Shown here: piece by piece, positions 63,598 to 64,000 of the stretch
Position numbering within the stretch: the first letter of the stretch is position 1
Layout: each line of letters starts with the position of its first letter
Program-made: the position numbers and the translations under genes
The notes under the pieces: generated by a model
The model's database searches: none
Seen by the model: the letters and a program-made list of their open reading frames with translations, nothing else
Told to the model about the DNA's origin: nothing
Source of the DNA: Mobula hypostoma
Lineage: Eukaryota
DNA: 64,000 nt
Assembly (NCBI RefSeq): GCF_963921235.1
Contig: NC_086097.1
Coordinates: 242,608,001 to 242,672,000 of the forward strand
Reading direction: 5' to 3'

Positions 63598-64000
63598 TGG
63601 GGGGAGAAGAATTACAGATGAAGACAAACAAATTTCTACAAATTACTTAAGATCCACTTAATTTATTGCATATAAAAAATGTAAATTTCTATTTTGTAAC
63701 AGAAGTAGTGTGTCATGTAACTACTGCATATCCACTCTCCAGTATCTGCAGAGCTAACAGCATTAGCTTGTAGAATTACTAGAAAAGGGCCTGTTTCCAT
63801 ACTTCTTTTCCACGACAAATTTAAGTAGGCAGTTTATAGTATAAATAAAAAAAATTACAATAGTGATAGTAAATGTAATTCAGTGCAAAGTTGAAACAAA
63901 TTAACCTTCAAATGTTAAAGTAATTGAATCAGAAACCATAATATACTGCTGACTTCAATGCCATTGCTGCTCATGCTCTAATAATGGAATTCAGAAACAA

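Noticed and set aside
63479..63661. ORF with a VC repeat
   Set aside because: It is the translation of the GT microsatellite.

Overview
Repeat-rich, AT-rich eukaryotic DNA with no prokaryotic gene structure, no rRNA, no true tRNA gene and no CRISPR array. The repeat complement suggests a cartilaginous fish, probably a ray (inference): CR1 LINEs with (TTCTATGT)-type tails, V-SINE/HE1-like SINEs, Rex1-like LINEs, Penelope elements, and hAT, Tc1, Tigger and Harbinger elements. The window looks intronic or intergenic. I recognised no host protein, only a few weak minus-strand exon candidates. Highlights: (1) a 2.0-kb TSD-flanked L1 derivative with 5'UTR, ORF1 and only the last ~20 codons of ORF2 (HAL1-like); (2) many Penelope pseudo-LTRs carrying minimal hammerhead ribozyme motifs, including short non-coding foldback units with target duplications; (3) a Penelope GIY-YIG copy with a 5' inversion; (4) a Tigger element resembling mammalian MER2 (recalled, not searched); (5) several nested insertions whose order can be read from TSDs. 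Ends without a stated TSD or TIR are approximate. Family names come from motif recognition, not database searches.
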